Shown: positions 50,086-61,889 of the stretch, in pieces
How the letters are laid out: each line of letters opens with the position of its first letter
Position numbering within the stretch: the first letter of the stretch is position 1
From: Paraphysomonas bandaiensis
Lineage: Eukaryota; Protista; Chrysophyceae
DNA: 64,000 nucleotides
Direction: 5' to 3'
NCBI GenBank assembly: GCA_965644295.1
Contig: CBFFRP010000076.1
Coordinates: 99,324-163,323, forward strand
Made by a program: the position numbers and the translations under genes
Notes under the pieces: generated by a model
What the model was told of the DNA's origin: nothing
The model's input: the letters and a program-made list of their open reading frames with translations, nothing else
Database searches by the model: none

Positions 50086-51524
50086 TCACCCGTCTTTCGT
50101 ATACGACGAAGTAAACTTATCGCCAAATAACACATACCCTATATCCCGCCATGATTCAGTTACATATATTACTTTTCGGCTAGGTTTTGCATACGGCTTC
50201 ATATCATCGACTGAGACTCTCGATGCAGGCATAAAATTTGTGTTTGAAGTAGGCCCCGCACTTCCACGATTTATGTGAAGATGACCCGCAATAACCCTTC
50301 CCAATGGCGCAATTTCAACAAAACGGATAGATTTTAATACAGAAAGAAGATTAACACAGCTGCCAATCACAATAGCTATATCTGCATCCATGAAAGCCGC
50401 GAGATCACCGATCGAATCTCCTATAAATATTAGCAGTGGAGATCTATCGGTTGACACACTACAGTTTTGATTCTCGCTGCTGAGAAAGTCAGAATCTCTG
50501 GAGCAATGCGACGCCATAATATGTTGAAGCACAAGCCTCTTCTGTACCGGTCCACATACACTTTGCATAACACTGTGGCAAAGTATGCGACCAGTAGTTT
50601 TATAGAAATTGAGATTGCTTTCACAATCGTCCGAAGTTGAATCTTCCAATTCCACTTCTAGTTCACTTGAGTATATGTGCAATGGGCGGATACTTGGGGA
50701 AGAATTTGAATTTTCAGAGGACTCAGGTGTGGTCAACGGTCCATCAATAGATGAATACATTGCACACGCACGCTGCTCCTTGTTGAACTTTGCAACCTCT
50801 TCAACACACACAGTACTACCTGCCATAAAACTATAAGCAACACTTCTCATAAACTAACCGATTGCTTACAAGCTGCCAATCGAGGCGCATGCAGAGCACC
50901 AAGTATCATGGCATTTGACCAATTCAAAGAAACAATATAAACGGAGACATCAATCCCGTGTGTAAAAGGGAGTGACCTAGAGTAGTCAAGAACATTGCAT
51001 GCGTCTCTTCGCAATGGCAAAGACTGTCCTAATTCAAATAAAGACGGCGGTAGATCCCCAGGAGGAGTATAAGCACCACAAGTTACCGGAGGGTACAGCA
51101 GCAGTCCACGAAGCAAACAGCTACGCTCAACTTTCATCTGCATTACTGCCTCAAAGTCTGATACGCGATGCACGAGATCGTCCACATCCTCTATCCGCTC
51201 CATGTCCTCCACACACCCCAACAACCTGCCCATCCCCTCCTCATATTCTCTCGTGAGAGCAGTGTGGGAGAGGTGTTCTGTGAGGGGTTCTATTGAGGAT
51301 AAGGGAGACACATGTCCATCACCATCACTATTGCTACCACTGCTATGGCTGTTGATTCTGTGAATGGCACTGTGGTTAAACAGAGCCTCTGTGCTGTCCA
51401 CTGAAGTAAGAGTGTTGTCAAAGTCTACACAGAGTACAGTGGGGCGATTTAAGGATTCAATCAGACCGATGAATGGAGACGACATACTAATAAAGCACAT
51501 AAACCAACTGAACAAGACGTCCAT
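50086..51524 (-). CDS. HAD-superfamily phosphatase (thiamine-phosphate phosphatase/CTO1-like), two exons
   Basis: CVDFDNTLT, IVSLNWS and FIGDSIGDLAAFMDADIAIVIG motifs; a 50-nt intron 50820-50869 restores the frame. Confidence 0.75.
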
Positions 51525-51552
51525 ATATATCTATAGCTAGATCTACCCTGAG

Positions 51553-51798
51553 TATGTATGTATGTATGTATGTATGTATGTATGTATGTATGTATGTATG
51601 TATGTATGTATGTATGTATGTATGTATGTATGTATGTATGTATGTAGGTAGGTAGGTAGGTAGGTAGGTAGGTAGGTAGGTAGGTAGGTAGGTAGGTAGG
51701 TAGGTAGGTAGGTAGTGTATGTATGTATGTATGTATGTATGTATGTATGTATGTATGTATGTATGTATGTATGTATGTATGTATGTATGTATGTATGT
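51553..51798. repeat. Compound (TATG)n-(TAGG)n-(TATG)n microsatellite
   Basis: Fills most of the gap between two divergent phosphatase genes. Confidence 0.99.
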
Positions 51799-51929
51799 AC
51801 CAGGTGTATGTGTATATAGGTAGGTACAGTAGACAGGTACAGATATACCTGAATACAGATGATTGTTTCAAACAAAAATACAGCACAGCAAAGGATGCCG
51901 ATACGACATCAGTCATAATTATAGTAATC

Positions 51930-52805
51930 ATGAGTTCGTCTCCTTCCATCGTACTCATGCGACACGCAGAACGTCTGGATCGATCCCTCGAATCTCTTGG
52001 CAAGGACTGGATTCACAGCAGCCCTCGCCCTCAGGACTCCCCACTGTCTCCATCTGGTCTCCTGCAAGCGCAAGCTGCAGCTCAACACTTACGTATGTAT
52101 GATATCACCACTATACTCACATCTCCGATGATTAGAACCGTACAGACAGCTCATGCGATTGCAGAGGGCCTGGGTTTAGGGCCTGGGAGTGTGTGTGTAG
52201 AGCCTGGGCTAGTAGAGGAGGCCAAATCATTCAGAGGAAAGACGAGTGATGAGCCGCTCCCTTGTTGGGACCCTCTCGTGCTGTCTGTGGATCAACTCAA
52301 GGAGTATTCCCCTTTTATTTGTGATTCCTATGAGCCGCTCTACAGAGTTGAACATGTTCGTGATGATGATGCACCGAATACTGTTCGAGAGGTTCATGAC
52401 ACGTTGACAGATCCCGATGAAGTAACTCGCGATCGTTGTCGAGTTTTTATTGATCGGCTATTAGAAAAAGTGAATGCATGCTTCAATGATTCTGGTGATA
52501 GTTGTAGTGGATATACTGGAGTGAAAACTGTGCTCTGTGTAGGGCACGGAGCAAGTGTCGGCGCATGCGCTGCAGCCTTGGAGAGATCCCTCCCAGACGA
52601 GTTGCGTATTAAGGGAAAGAGAGGCGTTGGTTCGTGGGCAAGATATGTACCCTACACAGCCGCGGTAAACAATGAATCGTCACCACAGGGTTTGGTCAGT
52701 CTAGGAGATACACCATGGTATGCACCTAGTGGAATGTGGGAAGAGAATAGTGGCATTCTCTCCCAGGCTATAGTCGATTGTGCGGTCGATCGTGGAGAGA
52801 ATTAA
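51930..52805 (+). CDS. Histidine phosphatase (phosphoglycerate mutase family)
   Basis: LMRHAERLD, DSPLS..G..QA, SPMIRTVQTA, EPGLVE and VGHG motifs. Confidence 0.9.
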   Translation: MSSSPSIVLMRHAERLDRSLESLGKDWIHSSPRPQDSPLSPSGLLQAQAAAQHLRMYDITTILTSPMIRTVQTAHAIAEGLGLGPGSVCVEPGLVEEAKSFRGKTSDEPLPCWDPLVLSVDQLKEYSPFICDSYEPLYRVEHVRDDDAPNTVREVHDTLTDPDEVTRDRCRVFIDRLLEKVNACFNDSGDSCSGYTGVKTVLCVGHGASVGACAAALERSLPDELRIKGKRGVGSWARYVPYTAAVNNESSPQGLVSLGDTPWYAPSGMWEENSGILSQAIVDCAVDRGEN

Positions 52806-53527
52806 AGTGTATCCACAATTTCCCACCATTGTGCCTCTAAACTGAACGAGATTTCATGTCTGTTGCTTGATGTACTATTGTATTATATAAGTGGGTTGGG
52901 GCGAGAGATAATTGTTGTGGCGGATAACATATAATAATATAAAGTGTCGGAATTAATACATTGCGACATTTCGTCGTACCTACCCAAACTGTGCTGCTCT
53001 GTTATGCTCCCGTAATATACAAATGTCTGCATAAACAGCACGTATATTCTAGGGCTAAGTATAATATACAATATATAGATATATAGTACTTAGTACTTCT
53101 ACAACTACATACTAGATACCAAAAGCTTCTTAATTACTGATATGTGTGCAATACACATCTCCATCACTGCGAAGCTACAAGTTATAGTCTATAGCTTCTA
53201 ACTATCATGCACACGTTTAATCTGGGTTCATCCTGAAGATCAGAAATATCTATATTCCAGCATGTACAGAAATGTTAGCGTCGAAGTAGTCTTGTGAGTT
53301 ATTAGTATAATAAATTGAATAACTACATCAGTAACACGAAGTTTCTACATATCATATTGCTATTTATCTATTTATTATAATCGGTGTAGTCAGTGGTCAG
53401 GTTATATCACAATGATACTAGCCATGATTCTATATTACCTAACACAAAGATGAAAGTTAACATCAATGTATTCAACTCACCAGCTTGGTAAATTTAGCAA
53501 TTAAGAAGCAAACTAATGATGCATTAT

Positions 53528-54988
53528 CTAAAATGTAGCGCTAAATACGGGACTATGACGCGCTATCCGCGGCCCCTCTTCATCGTACTGAGCCTTCGTG
53601 TGGCAAACTCTATAGAACTCCGGCTGCACATAAATATATATAAAAAATAGATACACGCATATATGACAGGTATACCGTTGATGCAAGCATAGATCCTCCA
53701 AACCACACTGCGTATCTCTGCATGTGATGGCTGATGACATTTACGTCGATAGCAGGAGGTGGTGCCACGTTTCCAGTAAGCTTACTGAGTCGAGTCATAT
53801 TTAGCTGCATGCGTAGATCCACATTCCTCTTGATGTCACGCTGTAATCTCCGTCCGAAGTCTTTGAACATTGTAGTCCCGCCAGAAAGCACGATGTTCTT
53901 ATATAGTCCGCGGCGAACATCTATGGGGCACTTGATAATAGCCTCGTCAACAACGTCAGGCAGTGGAGTCGTGAAGTCCGAACTAAAGATCTCAGGGTTG
54001 AAGAATACCTCCGGGCCAAGAAATCGTTCATATCCCACATCGCAGGTCCATGCTGCACCTGTAGATTTCTACGACGAGTAAGACATCAGCATGTGGACAA
54101 AGCAAAAACATACTTTAGTTCCGCTGAACTGTTTGAAATACTTCTCTGGATTCTTATCGTACTTTGCAAATTCCTTGGCAATGTCCGGACATACATAGCA
54201 GTACATCTGCTTTAGCTTGCGAGCAACCTCGAGGGAGTCCTGCGCATTTATGATTAAAGACCTACATGATGAAACGAGATCAAACCTCTGAAGGTACGGG
54301 CTCACGTCGGTCTCTGATGAGCTGCTGAATGAACTGGGTAATGGTACGTCCCGCTAAAGGAATATGCTTAATACAGCTTCCAATGACATATCCCTCAGCA
54401 ACAGGAATTACGTGAGTGACACCGTCACCGGAATCTATGACTGTCCCGGTGAGTGATCTCTCAGTCACTTGCTTGGAAGTCCAGCTCGCAGCTAATGCAA
54501 GGACAGCTTGAACAGCTATATATAGCCCCGGTACATTGAATGTTTCAAACATGATTTCTGCGGTGTATTCACGATTTTCAGGAGGATTAAGCGGAGGCTC
54601 AGTGAGTACAACATAGTGATCCTCGGGATCACACCTAAGATACTCAAACATGCACCTTTGCCACATCCGCTCCATGTTATCCCAGTTATCTATCAGCCCG
54701 TGTCTGATAGGGTAATTGATTTGATGAGTAGAAGAATTAGCAAGCGCCTGATCTCCAATATAAAAATCAAGATCCTCTACGCCATCCCTCTTGCCCTGCA
54801 CTCCTCCTTCCTCGGCTTTTGTGCCTAACACAGTAGGAACAATGTACTGCGGCTCCACATTCCCAGCATAGCCCATCTTCGTGTACCTACAGCATATATT
54901 GCATAAATATGCATAACATGTAATACGAACAGCCTATGAGGACGCACCCTGTACCGTTATCTATCACCACTGGCGACTTGTCTGTCAT
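53528..54988 (-). CDS. ARP3: Actin-related protein 3, multi-exon
   Basis: [61 protein letters not shown] and [11 protein letters not shown] motifs. Confidence 0.97.
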
Positions 54989-55086
54989 ACTGTAGTATAG
55001 TTAAGACTACGACTGCATTGGGATCATTCACACGAGTACCTGTGTAAGAAGATATGCCAGAAGATTTGACGGGATACTGCACGATT

Positions 55087-55175
55087 AGCTTACAATAATA
55101 TATATGGAAGTAGCAATGCATAGAAAGAAGACCTGCCTCGAGCAATGGATACACAGCCGCATACAACGATGTAGC
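55087..55175. repeat. 89-bp direct repeat, copy 2
   Basis: Reads identical to 1393-1481; lies ~100 bp upstream of the ARP3 ATG. Confidence 0.95.
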
Positions 55176-55555
55176 TATGTATGTATGTATGTATGTATGT
55201 ATGTATGTATGTATGTATGTATGTATGTATGTATGTATGTATGTATGTATGTATGTATGTATGTATGTATGTATGTATGTATGTATGTATGTATGTATGT
55301 ATGTATGTATGTATGTATGTATGTATGTATGTATGTATGTATGTATGTATGTATGTATGTATGTATGTATGTATGTATGTATGTATGTATGTATGTATGT
55401 ATGTATGTATGTATGTATGTATGTATGTATGTATGTATGTATGTATGTATGTATGTATGTATGTATGTATGTATGTATGTATGTATGTATGTATGTATGT
55501 ATGTATGTATGTATGTATGTATGTATGTATGTATGTATGAATGTATGTATGTATG

Positions 55556-55589
<34 letters not shown>

Positions 55590-55809
55590 TGTATGTATGT
55601 ATGTATGTATGTATGTATGTATGTATGTATGTATGTATGTATGTATGTATGTATGTATGTATGTATGTATGTATGTATGTATGTATGTATGTATGTATGT
55701 ATGTATGTATGTATGTATGTATGTATGTATGTATGTATGTATGTATGTATGTATGTATGTATGTATGTATGTGTACGTATGTGTTTGTGTGTAGGTAGGT
55801 AGGTAGGTA
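55176..55809. repeat. (TATG)n microsatellite ending in TAGG units
   Basis: Array read directly. Confidence 0.99.
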
Positions 55810-55847
55810 CAGCAGGTATAAAAGCAGCAGTATATGAGAAGTGAGAA

Positions 55848-56146
55848 GCAGCAGAATTAGCAGAATTAGCAAGCAAGAACAGATCATTGGTTGTATCTCT
55901 GTCTGCTCCATTGTACATTGTACCACAGTGATCCTGAGAAAAGTTGATCACTAGAAATGAAGAATTGTTAGCTGTGCCAGGTGTAAGAGGCTTCGTTGAA
56001 CAACAAGTCACCAAGTCATTGCAGTAGTGCCTAGGAATCGCCATCCTTCATTTCTAGTCACCGACTTTTCTCAGGGTCACTGTGGTACAGTGGAGCAGAC
56101 AGAAGATATAATCAATAGTCTGTTCTTGCTGTTACTAATACTGTTG
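55848..56146. repeat. Imperfect inverted repeat (~110-bp arms), MITE-like hairpin
   Basis: tctgtctgctcca..gtaccacagtgatcctgagaaaagt..actagaaatgaag pairs with cttcatttctagt..acttttctcagggtcactgtggtac..tggagcagacaga. Confidence 0.85.
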
Positions 56147-56364
56147 TTGACGCATTACATTACGCTGGACTCTAGCAACATGTGGACTTTGCACAGTGCA
56201 TTTGCACAGTGATAAAGTTGTACCAGCAGAAGGTAGAAGTGCAGTTTATGTTTTATTACCAAAAATGTAAAAAAGATTACAATACACATATAAGTCTATG
56301 GAAAGGGTACAAAACCAAAAACAAAAGGGAGAGAAAAGATATGAATAGTCAGCTACTATGTGCA

Positions 56365-57930
56365 CTAATATCCCACTCCAATTTGAAACAGCGAATCGAC
56401 TGAAGCTCTGGTATGCCTCCGTGACGGTATCGACGACCCTAACGTTATGCTATCATTTTTTCCCTTGTTCATCTCAGCCTTGGCCAGTAAGGTATCTTTG
56501 GACTGATCAGGGAGATTACAACGAAGCTCTGGATTGACTCGTACATACGAAATCATCATAAATGCGCATAGTGCAAAACCCGCCATAACCTCAAACATTA
56601 ACCACGGCATTCTATATTTCACAGAAAAAGAGTACCCCGCACTGAAAACGGGTGAAAGTAGAGTGCTGATGCTCTCAATTGCACTAAAGGCAGCAAAAAT
56701 TTGAGATTGTTGCTCGGCCGACACAGTGTTGGACAGCACCGTTCTTGTGTACGGAGTAATAGGTCCTGTTAGTAAAAGAATTGGTGCAACGCACAGAACT
56801 GAAGCTGTCGATCGTAATAGTGGAAGAATCAGCCAAAACAAGCCTCGTACAAGGTAACCCATATGAACCCAAGTAATTAGTTTCAATTCTCGGCCAACAA
56901 CAGTGTGGACAATGCTAGGAATGAAGAGCATGGAAATCGCTTGAATAATCCCCATAATACTATCAAACACACCGAACATAAGGGCCCCCCAGTGCAGAAC
57001 ATGCTTCATGTAGACATATACTACCGCTACCCAACCCATCAACGCGAGATAATAAAGGAAAAAAGCTATGGAGGCCCAGGGGAGAGGAGAGGAGCCATAC
57101 TTTGGTCGGTGAGTAAACAATAGAGAAATATTGTGCATTGTTTGGAATGGGTTAAGAACTAGCTTAGACTTTCTCGTTGGTGCATATAAAGGTAAAGACT
57201 CGGGAATCGTTAGAACAAGAATGACAGCGAAGGAAGCCAGCACAGCTGCACAAAACAGAGGTACGATAAACCCAAAATAATGGGCGTACACTCCAGAGGC
57301 CAGGGGACCAACAATCTTGCCTAGGTACAGACACGACTCCGTCACGCTGTATGCACGGTTACGTTGCTCTGGAATTCCCATTGTCGAATCTGCCACGTAA
57401 GAAAATACTCCCATTATGAATGTTGTATAGGAACCTGTCGCACCCATGATAAACGATGCTATGACAACAAATAGCACATAATTATCAGGGTTATAGAGCG
57501 CCACATAGCAATACAAAAGAGAGTAAATAACGACCCCCACTAACGACACAATCATTACAAGTTTTCTGCCATGTATGTTAGCAACAGAGCTGTAAAGACC
57601 TGTCGTAAGCAGGCCGGGAAGATACGTGGCAGAGTTGCAATACAGTATCACCATACTTGCTTTCGACGAAACCGTTGTGCTAGTACAACTCTGCGCATCC
57701 ATATCTTTGCATATCTGCTCGATAATAACCTGATAACTCATAGGCACTATCCCAAACATGACGGCAAAAAAAAGAAAAGTCGGTAAAATGATAGCATAAT
57801 AAGACGACCCATCACTGTTAGGAGATACATCTTCGATCCCACTGTTCTCTTCCTTACGAATAAGTAGAGGAGAGTCCTCCACAGCCGCTAATTCATCATT
57901 ACGATACATGTCCTCCTGGTCAACACTCAT
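56365..57930 (-). CDS. MFS transporter (SLC46/PCFT-like), intronless
   Basis: About 12 hydrophobic segments; motif-A-like SVANIHGRK, FSYVAD and IPESLP; N-terminal EDSPLL dileucine signal. Confidence 0.88.
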   Translation of the reverse strand: MSVDQEDMYRNDELAAVEDSPLLIRKEENSGIEDVSPNSDGSSYYAIILPTFLFFAVMFGIVPMSYQVIIEQICKDMDAQSCTSTTVSSKASMVILYCNSATYLPGLLTTGLYSSVANIHGRKLVMIVSLVGVVIYSLLYCYVALYNPDNYVLFVVIASFIMGATGSYTTFIMGVFSYVADSTMGIPEQRNRAYSVTESCLYLGKIVGPLASGVYAHYFGFIVPLFCAAVLASFAVILVLTIPESLPLYAPTRKSKLVLNPFQTMHNISLLFTHRPKYGSSPLPWASIAFFLYYLALMGWVAVVYVYMKHVLHWGALMFGVFDSIMGIIQAISMLFIPSIVHTVVGRELKLITWVHMGYLVRGLFWLILPLLRSTASVLCVAPILLLTGPITPYTRTVLSNTVSAEQQSQIFAAFSAIESISTLLSPVFSAGYSFSVKYRMPWLMFEVMAGFALCAFMMISYVRVNPELRCNLPDQSKDTLLAKAEMNKGKNDSITLGSSIPSRRHTRASVDSLFQIGVGY

Positions 57931-58089
57931 TCTCCCCTTATATGTATCGCTATAACTTCTATAACAAACACTTAAAGCACATTAATCATCTTCCTCGATA
58001 GCTGAGATATTAGCTGCACTAAGCGAATGTTGAAAATCCACCCATACAAAATAGAGTTCGATCAGATTGGAACAAATAGCATATTGCTG

Positions 58090-58420
58090 TATGTATGTAT
58101 GTATGTATGTATGTATGTATGTATGTATGTATGTATGTATGTATGTATGTATGTATGTATGTATGTATGTATGTATGTATGTATGTATGTATGTATGTAT
58201 GTATGTATGTATGTATGTATGTATGTATGTATGTATGTATGTATGTATGTATGTATGTATGTATGTATGTATGTATGTATGTATGTATGTATGTATGTAT
58301 GTATGTATGTATGTATGTATGTATGTATGTATGTATGTATGTATGTATGTATGTATGTATGTATGTATGTATGTATGTATGTATGTATGTATGTATGTAT
58401 GTATGTATGTATGTATGTAT
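58090..58420. repeat. (TATG)n microsatellite
   Basis: Lies between divergent MFS and THOC7 starts. Confidence 0.99.
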
Positions 58421-58531
58421 ATGTATCCTGGTTGTAATTAGCTAGCAACTCTACTCTGATCTCCATAACCATCACATTCTGAACTGCACTGTGTACAACT
58501 ACATATATTACTATCAATATATTTTGTCAGC

Positions 58532-59663
58532 ATGGCAGCTACGGATACGAAGATACTAGAGTCCCGTCTGATTACCAGAGACAGTGCTATTGGTGGTAGC
58601 TCAGTGTCAAGATGTGCCTCACGGATGCAACAGTTCTTCAAGACACTGTCTGAGTCGAAGGAGGAGAAAGACATTGCTGCTGCCTACGAGTGCTACTGCA
58701 GAGACATAGTTTATTATCAGCTTGAGATGGAGAAGTATGCGCACTCGTTTGATATGTGTGCGAGAGAGATAGAAGGTAACTGCACTGATATGCAGTCATA
58801 TGGTGTCATTGTTGTAATGAGAGTGTATAGAATATGATGCACTTGAAAATGATATCGAGAGTAAGATAACAGAGACTCAATCTGCTATTGAAGTACTGTC
58901 TGAGGAGTTGATGCAGCAGAAGAAATTACGTCGTCATCGGGAAGAGTGTGAGAACTTGGCCCGTGTAGTTAATAGTGTACCAAGTCGCTCCAAAACGAAC
59001 CGCGATATAAATGCTGTAGAAGAAGAAATAGCTCGACTCAAGGACCAAATAGCCTCCAAAGAGACCCAGGAATCAGTGCGCGTGAAACAGTTCAAGTTGC
59101 TGATGCAGGCAATTGCAGACCTTAGCAAGTCGATTGACGAGGATGAGCTAACTCAAAGCCAACTCACCCTTTTCCAAAATCAACAGCAGGAAATGGATGG
59201 TTTGGGGGATGATGATGAAGGCGAGGAAGATGAGGATCGTGATGAGGAAGGGTCCGGAGACAAGCGTAGTGCTCGTGGCGAATCCCAGCGCCCAGCAGCG
59301 AAAAAAACCCGAGTTGAATACGAGGAGGAAGAAGAGGACGCGGGGTCACAGCAGCCATCAGATACGGAAGCGACAGGGGGAGTTAAGACTTCTGGAAGCA
59401 GGAGTAGTAGTCCAGCAGTTAGTCTTGGAGAAGGATTGGAGAGCGTCCCTACTCCGAACTCAAGACCTCCACTACCACCTGTTCCACCTCCCCGCACTCA
59501 GCAGCAGGTTCCTCCCCCTCGACCTCCTTCTATTGCCATGCCACCACGACCGACACCACCCCCTATCACATCTCCTATTATTAGGCAACAGCAGATGAGA
59601 GACTCTGCTGAGCCGGAGGAAGGAGAAGAGGCAGAAGACGGCGCTATGGATATTGGTAAGTAG
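58532..59663 (+). CDS. THOC7: THO complex subunit 7-like, with acidic/proline-rich extension
   Basis: DTKILESRL, AREIE|EYD, RRHREECENLARVVNSVPSR and RVKQFKLLM pattern; intron 58776-58831. Confidence 0.75.
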
Positions 59664-60412
59664 AAACAAAATCACGTGTTAACGTATCTGGATGATTCTT
59701 AGTTCAATAGTAGATGTCACATACATAAAAAATATTTTGAATGTCTCAACCACATTTTAAGAAATATATGGTCAATGATGAAGATATAGTGTTTTATGGA
59801 TAGCTACATTAGTCTCTAGTCTCTAATCTCAATATAAAGAAAAAATCGTAATATGATTATGGTCTGATATTAAGATTCATTGATTCACGTATATCGCTTG
59901 ACGCTTGAATTAATTGTACTCTTAGCTCTTTTATGGTAGAGATAGATACATAACAGTGATTTAAAGGAGAGATAATATATTGTATACTTTCTCTAATTCC
60001 ACAGCTTCCTTCTCGTAGTTTCGTTGAAGGAAATGGTGTCGTAGGGAGGGTGTTTAGGACAGTGGTTTTTCCAGTAATAAGTCCAACACTACTCTTCATG
60101 GACACCCAGAGTGCGAAAGGTCTCACAAAACACCCAGGGAATTAAAAGCAGTTCAAACATATATATAAATATAAAATACCACTAACACTGGACCGGATAC
60201 AGGATAATGCAATACTAGGCTTACATCAATTGACTAGACCAGAAATACATTCAGCAAGTGCTGCCATAAATAATTTTATTCTTTATTTCGACATAAGTGT
60301 CAATTGCAACAATTGTTTTAGTTGAAATTTACAACCTCAACTTTCGAACTTGATATAGCAACGCATTTTAAAATAATATTTATACAGTATACAGTACAGG
60401 TACAATTGAAGA

Positions 60413-61486
60413 TTAGGATATCTTTTTCCGCTTCTTAGCTGACTTGCTTTTAGACTTCGCTATTCCTTTATTTTGGTGCAAACGAGATATTGCTGAGTTG
60501 ATAAGAGATAACGTAGCCTCATCCAGCGGAACCATCTCGGGGCGCTGCTGGAGAGTGGACAGCCGCGTTACCTCGGACGCTTTGTTGGCAACAGTAAATA
60601 CATACGTCTAAAACACATATCATTAGAAATACTCGTGATATCAAAATGATGATATACATATGGATATGACCTGTGCATCGAAGAAAGGAAAACTCTTATT
60701 GTCTAAGGCTTTCCTGTTAATATACCCGGGGTAAAGGTATCGGTCAAAAACCATAGACCCTTCGTATCGTAGCCCAGCTGCAGTTGCAAGCTCAATAATA
60801 TTCCACCAGCAGAATGGTTCAATAGTCTTGTGACTGACATGTACCTCACCTGCACGCTTCTCTGCGGATGGAAGACAGAGTAAATCTGATACATTAGTGA
60901 AAAATCCCGTTAGGAGTCGCTGATTGGCTTCAATTTCATCCGCCTGAGCATCCGCACCATCTTTCGCACTAATACAAGGGAAATTCCATACAATTGCATC
61001 AAAAGAATGCAAGTAACTATCTTGGCAAGCGGGGATTATTGATGACTTTAGGTCCGTGGCATCAACTCCATGGAGAACCGTGACACCACGCGATTTCAGC
61101 ACAGCAATATTATCAGCTGAGTTGCGATATACTGATAGCACACTCTCACTACTCTCATGAGATGTCGCAACTAGATTTTTATGACCATATGATCCACTCT
61201 CACATAACCCTTCAGAGAGAGATCGAGAAAACGAGAAGTCACCATCACCAACAGTCAACACTCTGTCTCCTCTGCGGTACAACCCATCTCTGAAGTGAGT
61301 TAATTTCGACCGTCCACACATTTCAGGTCTTTGATTAGGGGGGAGATTGTGACGTCCCTCTGGATATATCTTATACATGCACGGGATGCAGGAGCCACTG
61401 GTCACACAGGAGAGGGTATCTGTATGAACAAATAGATCCTTCCAATCGCGATTGCTGACAGATGAATCGGATGCTTTTCTTTTCAT
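60413..61486 (-). CDS. BMT5: BMT5/DUF2431-type 25S rRNA uracil-N3 methyltransferase
   Basis: VLTVGDGDFSFS, ATSHES, HGVDAT, IVWNFP and YPGY motifs; intron ~60609-60671; basic C-terminal tail. Confidence 0.85.
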
Positions 61487-61889
61487 AAGCAGAGTTATGT
61501 TATGTATGGAAGACACAGATTGTGTTCAATGAGATGTTAACTATATGGATGTGACATGTATGTACATCTACAGAGCAGCGATCACAGTGCTCACAGGTAC
61601 AGGCAGTATCTCTGTATAGTATAGAGAAACACCGCAGGGGTGAATGGCAATGGACATGGGCATGAGTTTGGACCAATAATATGCAATCATTTCAACTCAA
61701 CGGTAGTTCATTTGTTTATGTGCGCCACTGCTGTATATCTCGATTTTTGATACATTAGCTAAAAACTCCGAAATGTGAAAATAGGATGGAAAACTGGAAA
61801 TTTTAGCTATGCATACAGTATATGGTTTGAGACTGCCAGTCGATTCGACTTTAAGATTATACTTATACCATCCCACTAACACTAACATC

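Noticed and set aside
51645-51714. (TAGG)n as an interstitial telomere
   Set aside because: Not a TTAGGG/TTTAGGG unit; it is a single-base variant of the surrounding TATG array
1410-58517. Many ORFs reading MYVC../IHTY.. repeats
   Set aside because: Translations of (TATG)n, which has no stop codons; not genes
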